Source: SAR324 cluster bacterium (GTDB lineage Bacteria > SAR324 > NAC60-12). From it: 64,000 nucleotides of DNA. Under the pieces are notes generated by a model. That model made no database searches and was not told the origin of the DNA. It saw nothing but the letters and a program-made list of their open reading frames with translations. The position numbers were made by a program, and so were the translations under genes. Location: NCBI GenBank assembly GCA_015231885.1, contig JADGAT010000012.1:5890-69889 (forward strand). The letters run 5' to 3'. Shown piece after piece: positions 18,901 through 27,350 of this stretch; within the stretch, counting starts at the first letter, position 1, and every line of letters begins with the position of its first letter.

Positions 18901-21900
18901 ACATCGGCCACTACCCGGAAAAATGAGGAAATTTCGTCCCCCCCTGAATTTTGCCTGGATCAAAAAAAAACTGAATTTAAAAGAAGCCTCAGCCACCGGA
19001 TGTCCTCCGGTCAAAAGCGTCTGTTCATCATCACCCAGTTTTCAGGAGGAGAAAGAAGTTATCATCTCTCAGGAGCCTGGTGGGTCAAGGGGACATTAGA
19101 CCTTCCCAAACTTGAGCAGTGCATTCAGCTGCTGATTGATCGTCATGAAAGCCTGCGGACAGGTTTTGTGATTGAGGAAGAGGAATGGGTTTGTCAAATT
19201 CATGAGCGGGTGCCGTTTGAAATTACGATGAAGGAAGCAGAGCACAGCAATGCTGATGGTCATGTTTCTGATTTTATTCAGGCTTTTGATTTGAGCAATC
19301 CCCCATTGATCAGGGTTGGACTGGTCCGCTTTTCAGAAGAGCGTTATCTGATGCTTGTGGACGCTCATCATATAGTTTTTGACGGACTTTCCATGAGCCT
19401 TTTTTCCAGGGAGCTGATGACGCTCTACCAGGGCTATCCCCTTCGAGCCCTGAGAGCCCAGTACCGGGACTATGTCTCCTGGCAGGAGAGTTTTTTTCAG
19501 GGCCATGCTTTCAGGCACCAGGAAACATACTGGCTGAATCAATTTTCCGGGGAGCTGCCCGTTTTGGATTTACCGCTGGACTACTCCCGTCCCTCCCTGT
19601 CGAGCTTTGAGAGGGCCGATGTCACGATTGAACTGGAAAGCGCTGAACTGATCGCTTTCAGCCAGTCTCAGGGCGTCTCGTTGTACATGGTTTTAGTTGC
19701 TGGCTATGATCTTTTATTGTCCCGTTTAACCGGGCAGGAGGAGATCATCATTGGCAGTGTCAGCACTCATCGAGCCGCAGAAGAGTTCAATGAGATCATT
19801 GGCATGATCACCAATACCCTGGCCCTGCGGGCTTTCCCGGAATCTCAAAAAACTTTTGACAGGTTTCTAAAGGAAGTCAAAACCATTTGTCTTGAGGCCT
19901 ATGCCCACCCTGATTATCCCTTTGAGCGGCTGGTTGAGCAACTGGGATATGCCCAGGCCCCCAACCGCCATCCGATCTTTGATACGATGTTTTCCTACGA
20001 AAAAGCGGATGAGCGGGTTTTAAGATTGAAGGATTTGGAAATCACTCCTTATTTTGAAAAACAAAGTTACATGTTTGATCTGGCTTTGGATGTGATTGAA
20101 CAGGAGGATCTGTTAAGATTTAATTTTGAATACGATGCCAGCCTTTTCAGGAAAGAAAGCATTGAAAGATTCTCGGGATATTTCATCAGAATTCTGCAGG
20201 AAGTCACGAGGGACCCGAAGCAGCAGCTGGGAGAGATTGAGATGCTCTCCGGGGAAGAAAAGCGGCAGATTCTGGAAACGCTCAACGCCACGGAGCGGGA
20301 TTATCCCGGAGAGAAAACGATTGTGGATTTGTTTGAGGAACAGGTTCTTCTGAGCCCTCAGAAAACCGCCCTTATTTTTGCGGATATTCGCCTGAGTTTC
20401 CATGAATTGAATGAGCGTGCGAACAAGGTCGCAGTCAATCTGAGAGAGAAATACCGGATTCGGCCGGAAGATCGAGTGGGAATTCTCCTGGATCGTTCTG
20501 AATGGATGGTGATTGCCATGCTGGGGATTCTCAAAGCCGGTGGGGCTTATGTTCCGATAGATCCGGACTTTCCCTCAAAACGAATCGATTACATTCTCAA
20601 AGACAGTCAGTGCCGGCTGGTGTTGACAGAAGAGTCAGTCAGAAGCAGGGTCACTCTGGATAAAACCGTTGAAGTCGCGGAGGTTTACTGGATTTCCACA
20701 GGAAAGGGCAGCAATCCGTCATCGTTGAGCCAAGCTTCCCATCTGGCTTATCTGATTTATACTTCCGGCTCCACAGGCAGTCCGAAAGGAGTGATGATCG
20801 AACACCGCAATGTGATCAGTTTCGCGAGTAATCTGAAATCGGGTTTCGGCATGCAGTCCAGTGACCGGATTTATGCTCTGACTCCGCTGAGTTTTGATAT
20901 TTCAGCACTGGAATTGATATGCAGCCTTGTCAATGGAATGGAAGTGACCCTGGCTTCAAAAGAAGAGCAGTCGGATCCAGACGCTGTTGCCGGGGTTTTA
21001 GAGAAGGGGGAGATCAGTGTTTTACAAATCACTCCCTCAAGACTGAGGTGGCTGCTTGAATCCCGGGAGATCGAACTTTTAAACACCCTGAATGTGCTTC
21101 TGGTGGGAGGAGAAGCGCTGCCTCAATCACTTTCCGAAAAGCTGTGTTTGCTTTCTCATCCCAAAATTTTCAATGTTTATGGCCCGACAGAAACGACAAT
21201 CTGGTCAACAGCCCATCAGCTGCTTGACCCGGGAGTCAGCATCGGCAGGCCGCTGCTGAATGAGGAGGTCTATATATTGTCAGAAAACAATCAACCGCAA
21301 CCTTATGGTGTTGCGGGGGAATTGTGCATTGGCGGTGCCGGGGTAGGGCGGGGTTATGTCAATCGCCCGGACTTAACTCAGCAGCAATTTATCGAGAATC
21401 CTTTTCGGGAAGGAGAAAGGCTTTACCGGACTGGAGATTTGGCCTGTTGGCTGCCGGAGGGACAGATCAGGTTTTTGGGAAGAAAAGACTCTCAGGTGAA
21501 AATAAGGGGCCACCGGATTGAGCCGGGAGAGATCGAGCAGGTGCTGCGGAAGTATCCCGAAGTAAGGGAAGCTGTCGTGATTGCCAGGGAAACTGAGGGC
21601 GGGCATCACGTTCTGGCGGCATATCTGGAGGGAGATCAGGAATGGGACAATCAGGCCCTGCGTGGATATTTATCAGAGCTTCTGCCAGAATATATGATTC
21701 CCTCTTCCTTTGTCCCCATGAAGCGGCTTCCTCTCAATTCCAGCGGAAAAATAGACAAACGGGCCCTGCCTGATCCTCAGGAAGGGTCCTTGATTTCCTC
21801 GACCTACGAGGCTCCGCGCAATCGGCTTGAAAAGGAACTGGTCGAGATCTGGGAAGAGATTCTCGGACAAAGTCCGATCGGGATTCATGACCATTTTTTT

Positions 21901-24900
21901 GAGCGGGGAGGGCACAGTCTGAAAACGGTTCAGCTCCTTTCCCGCATTCATAAGCGGCTTGAGCGGCAAGTTTCTTTGAAACAGATCTTCGCCACTGCGA
22001 CCATCGCAGGATTGGCTGAAGTGATTCAAGGGACGGATCACAGGGAGTTTGAGATGATTGAAACCGTGGCGGAGGCGGAGCATTATCCTCTTTCCCATGC
22101 CCAGAGGCGCTTGTGGGTCATGCATCAGCTGGAAGAAAGCTCCACCGCCTACAATGTGACCGGGGCTTTGCTGCTGAAAGGCAGCCTGGATCAAGGGGCT
22201 CTGCTTGAAGCCCTGAATACTCTTCTTCTTCGTCATGAGTCCCTGCGCACCACCTTTCTTCCTCATCAAGGAGAGCCACGCCAGAAAATTCATCAGTCCC
22301 CTGATCTTGATTGTGAGGAAATCGACCTAAGGGGTGAAATAGATGCCCATCAGAAAGCCCGTGCGATTGTCAGGGAGGAAGGACAGCGTTCTTTCATTTT
22401 AACAGCAGGACCCCTGATCCGTGTCAAATTACTGCAACTCGATAAAGCGGCACATGTGCTCGCAGTCAATCTGCACCACATCATCTGCGACGGATGGTCG
22501 CTTGGTGTGCTGACCCGTGAATTGGGAATGCTTTATCAGGCTTTTCACCGCCGTGAGGCCAACCCTTTAAAGCCGCTTCTGATTCAATACAAAGATTATA
22601 CAGCCTGGCAGGAAAACTGGCTCAAAAGCGAGGAGGCTGAGAAACAGCGGGCATACTGGCATGGACGTTTCTCAGGAGAATTAGCGGTTTTGGAATTGCC
22701 ACTCGACCGTCCCCGTCCGCTGGCACAGACTTTTCAGGGAAAGATTCTGCGCAAAGAGTTCAATGAGGCATTGAGCGAACAAATAAGAACATTGATGCGC
22801 CGGGAAGAGATGACCCTTTTTATGGGACTGCTGGCCCTGGTCAAGGTTTTGCTGTACCGCTACAGCGGACAGGAACAGATTATCGTGGGAAGCCCTGTTG
22901 CCGGCAGAAAACATCTCGATTTGGAAGAGCAGATCGGCTGTTATATCAATATGCTCCCCCTCAGTGATAAAATAGAAGGTTCTCAATCCTTTCAATCTTT
23001 TCTGGCTCAAGTCAGGCAAACTACAGAGGAAGCCTATCAGCACCAGGATTATCCATTTGATCAGCTTGTTGATGAACTGAATCCAGAGAGGGATCTTTCC
23101 CACTCTCCTCTCTTTGACGTGATCGTCTCCCTGCAAAATCAAGATCAGCCTCCTGTTCAACTGGAAGCGCTTTCCATAGAGGAGTTTTCCTTCTCCCTGG
23201 AAGTCAGCCGGTTGGACCTGACCTTCAATTTTATTGAACGGGAAAAAACACTGCTTTGTGAGATTGAGTACAATACCAGTTTGTTCGATCAAGAGCGAAT
23301 TGAGCGTATGGGAGATCATCTGGAAACCCTGGCGCATTCTGCAGTCAACAATATCACTCAATCAGTCGATACTCTGGAAATACTGACGGAGCAGGAAAAA
23401 CAGCAGTTGCTGTTGGCGTTCAACGCCACTCAAAGCGATTATCCGAAAGACAAATCAGTGGTTGAACTGTTTGAGGAACAAGTGCTCAAAACTCCTGAAG
23501 CCACGGCACTGGTCTTTGAAGAGACCCGTTTGACTTATCGTGAATTGAATCAGCGGGCCAATCAAATTGGGGTTTATTTGCGGGAGCAGTTTCAAGTTGA
23601 AGCGGATGATGTGGTGGGTGTTTTCACCGAACACTCCGAGAGGATGATTGTCGCTGTTCTCGGGATTCTCAAGTCCGGTGCGGCTTATTTGCCCATTGAT
23701 CCGTTATACCCGGATGAGCGTCTATTCCACATACTCCAGGAAGCCGAGCCCAAAATTATCTTTGCCGACACCACGGTGGAGACGCGTCTGGCCCAGTCGG
23801 GGATTCCCCTCTGCTCTCTGGAGCTGAATCCTGAAATTGAATCGAGATCTCAGGACAACCTGCCGATTATCTGCACTCCCAGAGCGCTGGCATACATCAT
23901 ATACACGTCGGGGACAACGGGAAATCCGAAAGGCTCTTTGATTGAACACCAATCCATTGTGCGTTTGGTCAAAAACACCAATTACATTGAGATCACGCCT
24001 TCAGACCGAATTTTACAAACAGGGTCCCTCGCATTTGATGCTTCCACTCTTGAAATCTGGGGAGCCCTGCTCAATGGAGCTGAACTGCATATTGCCAGAG
24101 AAGACAGTTTGCTCAATCCCGCTGAGTTCCGCAAAATACTTGCTCAAAATCAAATCTCCATTATCTGGCTGACCGCGGGCTTGTTCAATCAATTCATTGA
24201 TACTGATCCGGAAATGTTCTCCGGTCTTAAACAGCTTTTTACTGGAGGAGAAAAACTTTCTCCCGTTCATATCACTAAGGCTCGGCAAAACCATCCTGCT
24301 TTGATGATTACCAATGGATATGGACCCACAGAAAACACAACCTTCAGTACTTGCTACCAAATAGAAAAGGAATTCGACAAGGATATTCCCATTGGCAAAC
24401 CCGTTTCCAATACACGCGCTTATATTCTGGGCAACGCCAATCAATTGCAGCCTATCGGAATAGTTGGTGAATTGTGTTTTGCTGGCGATGGTCTGGCCAG
24501 GGGTTATCTGAAAAATGAGCAGCTTAGCCGGGAAAAATTTGTTGCCAATCCGTTTGAACCCGGCGAGAGAATGTACCGCACCGGTGATTTCTGCCGCTGG
24601 GATGCTGAGGGTAATATCGAAATATTGGGACGTATAGACGATCAGGTCAAAATAAGAGGATACCGTGTTGAATTGGGAGAGATCGAACACACGCTGCAGA
24701 GCCATACCCATGTCCAGGAAGCCGTGGTCATTGTCAGGGAAGTAGAAGGGGCATCCAAAGAATTAATTGCCTACCTCGTCGGAAATCAGAAATTGAGTGT
24801 GGCTGATTTATCGCAGTTTCTCTCAAAAACTTTACCCAACTACATGATCCCTTCCTACTTCGTTCAGATGGATCAACTCCCGCTCAATCCGAGTGGTAAA

Positions 24901-26601
24901 ATTGACAAGCGGGCGTTGCCGGATCCTGATGAAGGAACACGGTCTTCTTCTGCTGTTTATGAAGCCCCGCACAATTCTTTGCAAAGCCATCTGATCCGAT
25001 TGTGGGAAGAAACACTGGGACAGAGCCCAATTGGGATTCATGATAATTTTTTTGAGAGAGGCGGTCATAGCTTGAAGGCAATTCAGCTGCTTTCTCGAAT
25101 TCACCAGCAATTGGAAATAAGCGTTGGTCTGAAAGATATTTTTATGGCCACTACTGTTGCTAAACTGGCGGAATTGGTACAAAGCAATAACCCCAGGCAA
25201 TTCAAAGCGATTCAACCAATAGCGATTGCTGAGCATTACGAACTATCATATGCTCAAAGACGATTGTGGCTTTCTCATCAATTGGAAGAAAATCCAATTG
25301 CCTACAATGTTGCTGATGCCATGCTTTTGGAAGGGGATTTAGATACAGAAGCTCTTTATAAAGCGCTTAAAACACTGGTAGAACGTCATGAATCCTTGCG
25401 GACTACCTTTCTAAATATTGCTGGAGAACCCCGACAAAAAATCCATCAAAGCCTGGATTTAAAAATGGATGAGATCGATTTGACTGAGGAAAAAGATGTG
25501 TTTCAACTGGCAGAGGAAATCGTACAGAAAGAAGGACATCGCCTGTTTGATTTAGCAGCAGGTCCCTTGGTTCGGGTGAATTTATTGATGCTAAAACCGG
25601 CCCTTCATGTGCTGGTAATCAGCCTTCATCATATCATCTGTGATGGATGGTCTATTGAAATTCTGATTCGGGAACTGGGTGTCCTTTATCAGGCTTTTCA
25701 CCGGGGAGAAAGCTGCCTTTTGACACCGCTATCTATTCAGTACAAAGACTATGCGGCCTGGCAGAAGAACTGGCTATCCAGTCCTCAAGCAGAGCAGGAA
25801 CAAAATTATTGGCACAAACAACTGTCCGGTTCCCTGCCTGTTCTGAAATTACCAACAGACCGTCCTCGTCCCTCCGTTCAGAAATTTCAGGGAAAATCCA
25901 TTTGGATTGATTTTGATCCGGAACTGACAGCGAAAATACAAAATTTGCTGCATCAACAGGAAGTGACATTATTCATGGCATTGATAAGCATCATCAAAGT
26001 TTTGTTGTATCGATATAGCGGCGAAGAAGACATTCTGATTGGTATTCCCGTTGCCGGAAGAAATCATGTTGCTTTGGAAGATCAAATAGGTTGTTATCTC
26101 AATACTCTGGTCTTGAGAGACACTGTTAAAGGAGAGGAATCCTTTGAAGTGTTGCTCTCAAAGATCAAGCAAACTACTCTGGAAGCCTTTCAACACCAGG
26201 AATATCCCTTTGACCACCTGTTGGATGAATTGAATCTTGAAAGAAATTTAGCCCACTCTCCACTCTTTGATGTCATGGTTGTTTTGCAGAATCAGGGGCA
26301 ATCCCATTTGGAGCTGGATGAATTGACAGTTAAGCCCTTTCCTTTTTCACTGGAAGTGAGCAAATTTGACATAGCATTCAATTTTATGGAAGAAGAGGAT
26401 CGGCTGCTCTGTGAAGTTATCTTCAATACAGTACTATTTGATGAGGAACGCATTCGCCGCATGGAGGAACATTTTGAAATGCTGATTCGCTCTATCACAG
26501 AGGATATCGCTCAACCCATCCACTCCCTGCAATTGTTAGCTGAACAAAAAGAGCCGAAAGTACTGGAGAGCATCGAAGTTTCAACCCATTTCAATTTTTA
26601 A
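15955..26601 (+). CDS. Hybrid PKS-NRPS megasynthase: KS-AT-(no ACP)-C-A(Gly code)-PCP-C-A(Val-like code)-PCP-C
   Basis: KS motifs DTSCSSSL, EAHGTGT, NLGHLESASG (~16057-17335). AT motifs GHSVGEY and VSHAFHS, a malonyl-type signature (~17650-18720). C1 HHIVFDG at 19363-19386. A1 motifs A3 LAYLIYTSGSTGSPKG through A10 NSSGKIDKRALP, pocket D-I-L-Q-L-G-V-I-W. PCP1 FFERGGHSLK (~21895). C2 YPLSHAQRRLW / HHIICDG (~22080-23380). A2 pocket D-A-L-W-F-G-G-T-F. PCP2 (~25050). C3 (~25230-26598, HHIICDG at 25627). Confidence 0.95.
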   Translation: MNKNLEHKYLEALKKSSGKIKELLAEIDTLKQRDSVAIIGMGCRFAGGADSPERFWDLLKEGRDTIVEVPPDRWNIDEYFDSNIDAPGKMYSRYGGFLDEVDKFDCSFFGISPREAESLDPQHRLLLEVSWEALENAGQSVEALKESATGVYIGIFSYEYGRVRLVGGEEQKIDAYSVTGVSHSMAAGRISYLFGFQGPNIAIDTSCSSSLTGLHLAVASLQSRESDLALAGGVNFMISPECQIGFSKLNALSPDGHCKTFDAAANGIGRGEGCGMVVLKRLSDAISDGDSILAVIKGSAINQDGSSNGLTAPNGIAQQKVITQALKNAQLSPEDVSYIEAHGTGTPLGDPIEIHSLAKVFKNQELLVGSVKTNLGHLESASGIAGLIKVLLSIQHEQIPPHLHFQTPNPHINWNESAFKIPTENTPWPKTARPRIAGISAFGLSGTNAHVLVGEPPANDDSSEAERDTGAQDRPVHILNLSAKNNEALHELAHKYIKYFEQFDSDSESVAGNICFTANAGRSHFKHRISLIGESVQKIGEKLSDYLKGIPPKDFFQSNETEKPRLQIVFLFTGQGSQYKGMGLELYKSQPVFKKILDQCDQLFTPHLNRSIIDLMYAEETPEDLLEQTRYTQAVIFSIEYALARLWEHWGIRAAAVMGHSVGEYVAASIAGVLSLEDAVKLVAARGKLMQALPEGIMAAVFVEESIALDVIAEFEEKVSIAAVNSSKNVVLSGEEEAVLQVLKRFDEKGIASRHRLLKVSHAFHSPMMDPVLNEFKTIASTIHYSKPRLPLISNLTGEPVRISTNSSSDEWPEYWTRHIRETVRFYDSIQYLEQKDYQIFLEIGASPVLSGLGRQSVSQNHLLWLPSLRQGQSDWNQILRSLAQLYVNGAKIDWERFDKPYSRKKLALPTYPFQRKRYWVAPPHLHRSGEKSRETLEFSPNTPQPTGEAKSVLEKMMIQQHETMKKQLEIMSMQLKTAKAQTSATTRKNEEISSPPEFCLDQKKTEFKRSLSHRMSSGQKRLFIITQFSGGERSYHLSGAWWVKGTLDLPKLEQCIQLLIDRHESLRTGFVIEEEEWVCQIHERVPFEITMKEAEHSNADGHVSDFIQAFDLSNPPLIRVGLVRFSEERYLMLVDAHHIVFDGLSMSLFSRELMTLYQGYPLRALRAQYRDYVSWQESFFQGHAFRHQETYWLNQFSGELPVLDLPLDYSRPSLSSFERADVTIELESAELIAFSQSQGVSLYMVLVAGYDLLLSRLTGQEEIIIGSVSTHRAAEEFNEIIGMITNTLALRAFPESQKTFDRFLKEVKTICLEAYAHPDYPFERLVEQLGYAQAPNRHPIFDTMFSYEKADERVLRLKDLEITPYFEKQSYMFDLALDVIEQEDLLRFNFEYDASLFRKESIERFSGYFIRILQEVTRDPKQQLGEIEMLSGEEKRQILETLNATERDYPGEKTIVDLFEEQVLLSPQKTALIFADIRLSFHELNERANKVAVNLREKYRIRPEDRVGILLDRSEWMVIAMLGILKAGGAYVPIDPDFPSKRIDYILKDSQCRLVLTEESVRSRVTLDKTVEVAEVYWISTGKGSNPSSLSQASHLAYLIYTSGSTGSPKGVMIEHRNVISFASNLKSGFGMQSSDRIYALTPLSFDISALELICSLVNGMEVTLASKEEQSDPDAVAGVLEKGEISVLQITPSRLRWLLESREIELLNTLNVLLVGGEALPQSLSEKLCLLSHPKIFNVYGPTETTIWSTAHQLLDPGVSIGRPLLNEEVYILSENNQPQPYGVAGELCIGGAGVGRGYVNRPDLTQQQFIENPFREGERLYRTGDLACWLPEGQIRFLGRKDSQVKIRGHRIEPGEIEQVLRKYPEVREAVVIARETEGGHHVLAAYLEGDQEWDNQALRGYLSELLPEYMIPSSFVPMKRLPLNSSGKIDKRALPDPQEGSLISSTYEAPRNRLEKELVEIWEEILGQSPIGIHDHFFERGGHSLKTVQLLSRIHKRLERQVSLKQIFATATIAGLAEVIQGTDHREFEMIETVAEAEHYPLSHAQRRLWVMHQLEESSTAYNVTGALLLKGSLDQGALLEALNTLLLRHESLRTTFLPHQGEPRQKIHQSPDLDCEEIDLRGEIDAHQKARAIVREEGQRSFILTAGPLIRVKLLQLDKAAHVLAVNLHHIICDGWSLGVLTRELGMLYQAFHRREANPLKPLLIQYKDYTAWQENWLKSEEAEKQRAYWHGRFSGELAVLELPLDRPRPLAQTFQGKILRKEFNEALSEQIRTLMRREEMTLFMGLLALVKVLLYRYSGQEQIIVGSPVAGRKHLDLEEQIGCYINMLPLSDKIEGSQSFQSFLAQVRQTTEEAYQHQDYPFDQLVDELNPERDLSHSPLFDVIVSLQNQDQPPVQLEALSIEEFSFSLEVSRLDLTFNFIEREKTLLCEIEYNTSLFDQERIERMGDHLETLAHSAVNNITQSVDTLEILTEQEKQQLLLAFNATQSDYPKDKSVVELFEEQVLKTPEATALVFEETRLTYRELNQRANQIGVYLREQFQVEADDVVGVFTEHSERMIVAVLGILKSGAAYLPIDPLYPDERLFHILQEAEPKIIFADTTVETRLAQSGIPLCSLELNPEIESRSQDNLPIICTPRALAYIIYTSGTTGNPKGSLIEHQSIVRLVKNTNYIEITPSDRILQTGSLAFDASTLEIWGALLNGAELHIAREDSLLNPAEFRKILAQNQISIIWLTAGLFNQFIDTDPEMFSGLKQLFTGGEKLSPVHITKARQNHPALMITNGYGPTENTTFSTCYQIEKEFDKDIPIGKPVSNTRAYILGNANQLQPIGIVGELCFAGDGLARGYLKNEQLSREKFVANPFEPGERMYRTGDFCRWDAEGNIEILGRIDDQVKIRGYRVELGEIEHTLQSHTHVQEAVVIVREVEGASKELIAYLVGNQKLSVADLSQFLSKTLPNYMIPSYFVQMDQLPLNPSGKIDKRALPDPDEGTRSSSAVYEAPHNSLQSHLIRLWEETLGQSPIGIHDNFFERGGHSLKAIQLLSRIHQQLEISVGLKDIFMATTVAKLAELVQSNNPRQFKAIQPIAIAEHYELSYAQRRLWLSHQLEENPIAYNVADAMLLEGDLDTEALYKALKTLVERHESLRTTFLNIAGEPRQKIHQSLDLKMDEIDLTEEKDVFQLAEEIVQKEGHRLFDLAAGPLVRVNLLMLKPALHVLVISLHHIICDGWSIEILIRELGVLYQAFHRGESCLLTPLSIQYKDYAAWQKNWLSSPQAEQEQNYWHKQLSGSLPVLKLPTDRPRPSVQKFQGKSIWIDFDPELTAKIQNLLHQQEVTLFMALISIIKVLLYRYSGEEDILIGIPVAGRNHVALEDQIGCYLNTLVLRDTVKGEESFEVLLSKIKQTTLEAFQHQEYPFDHLLDELNLERNLAHSPLFDVMVVLQNQGQSHLELDELTVKPFPFSLEVSKFDIAFNFMEEEDRLLCEVIFNTVLFDEERIRRMEEHFEMLIRSITEDIAQPIHSLQLLAEQKEPKVLESIEVSTHFNF

Positions 26602-26635
26602 TCACTAAGGATAAACCGATTCTATTGGAGTCACT

Positions 26636-27350
26636 ATGGACAATTCACGTATTTCTTTAACCAGCAGTGAGTATGGTCATTTCAAGGATTTTTGGAGTAA
26701 ACAACTGCGTCTCCTGGATGATTCGTTTCAATTCACGCTCAATAAATCGGTAGGTTCCCAGACTCGTCAAATGAAACAGATCTCGTTTTGTTTGGAAGTT
26801 TCTCAGCAGGAAACCATTTCCGATATCACCAGGGACAGTCCTTTAGAAACTTTTATCATCCTGTTGTCAGCTTACTATATTCTTCTTTCTCGATATATGA
26901 ATACAAATGAGGTTGTGGTCAATACTCCACTCCTCTCCCAAAAAAGCATTGACACTCTCTATGCACCGCATGTTTCCCTGATTGGCAGCATTTCACCGGA
27001 AGACAGCCTCAAGGATCTGATCATTAAAACCAATCAGACGGTTTCGAATAGTTACACTCATCAAAATTTTCCTTTAGATTTGGTGACCAGTCAAAAGCAA
27101 TTAAAACACCTCGATCAGTTGACCAATGTATTCATGACATTTGATGAGATTCACAGGGCACCTGAAGATTTGGGACTCTATGATTTCGTCATTGAGATCA
27201 ATCGTCCTCCGGAATCCCTCCTCACTCAGATTAAGATCAGATACAATGCAGGCATGTTTGATGAGCCTTTCATGCTCAATTTGATCACACATTACAAAAA
27301 TATCGTTTCTGATTTTAAAGATCTCAAATCTAGTCTCAAGAATGTGAAGA
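26636..27350 (+). other. Partial condensation domain (C-terminal subdomain only) at the N-terminus of the 26636-32254 NRPS
   Basis: The sequence aligns to the post-HHxxxDG portion of the intact C domains in the upstream gene (YKDYTAWQ region onward). No HHxxxDG is present. The upstream gene already ends with a complete C domain. Confidence 0.7.
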
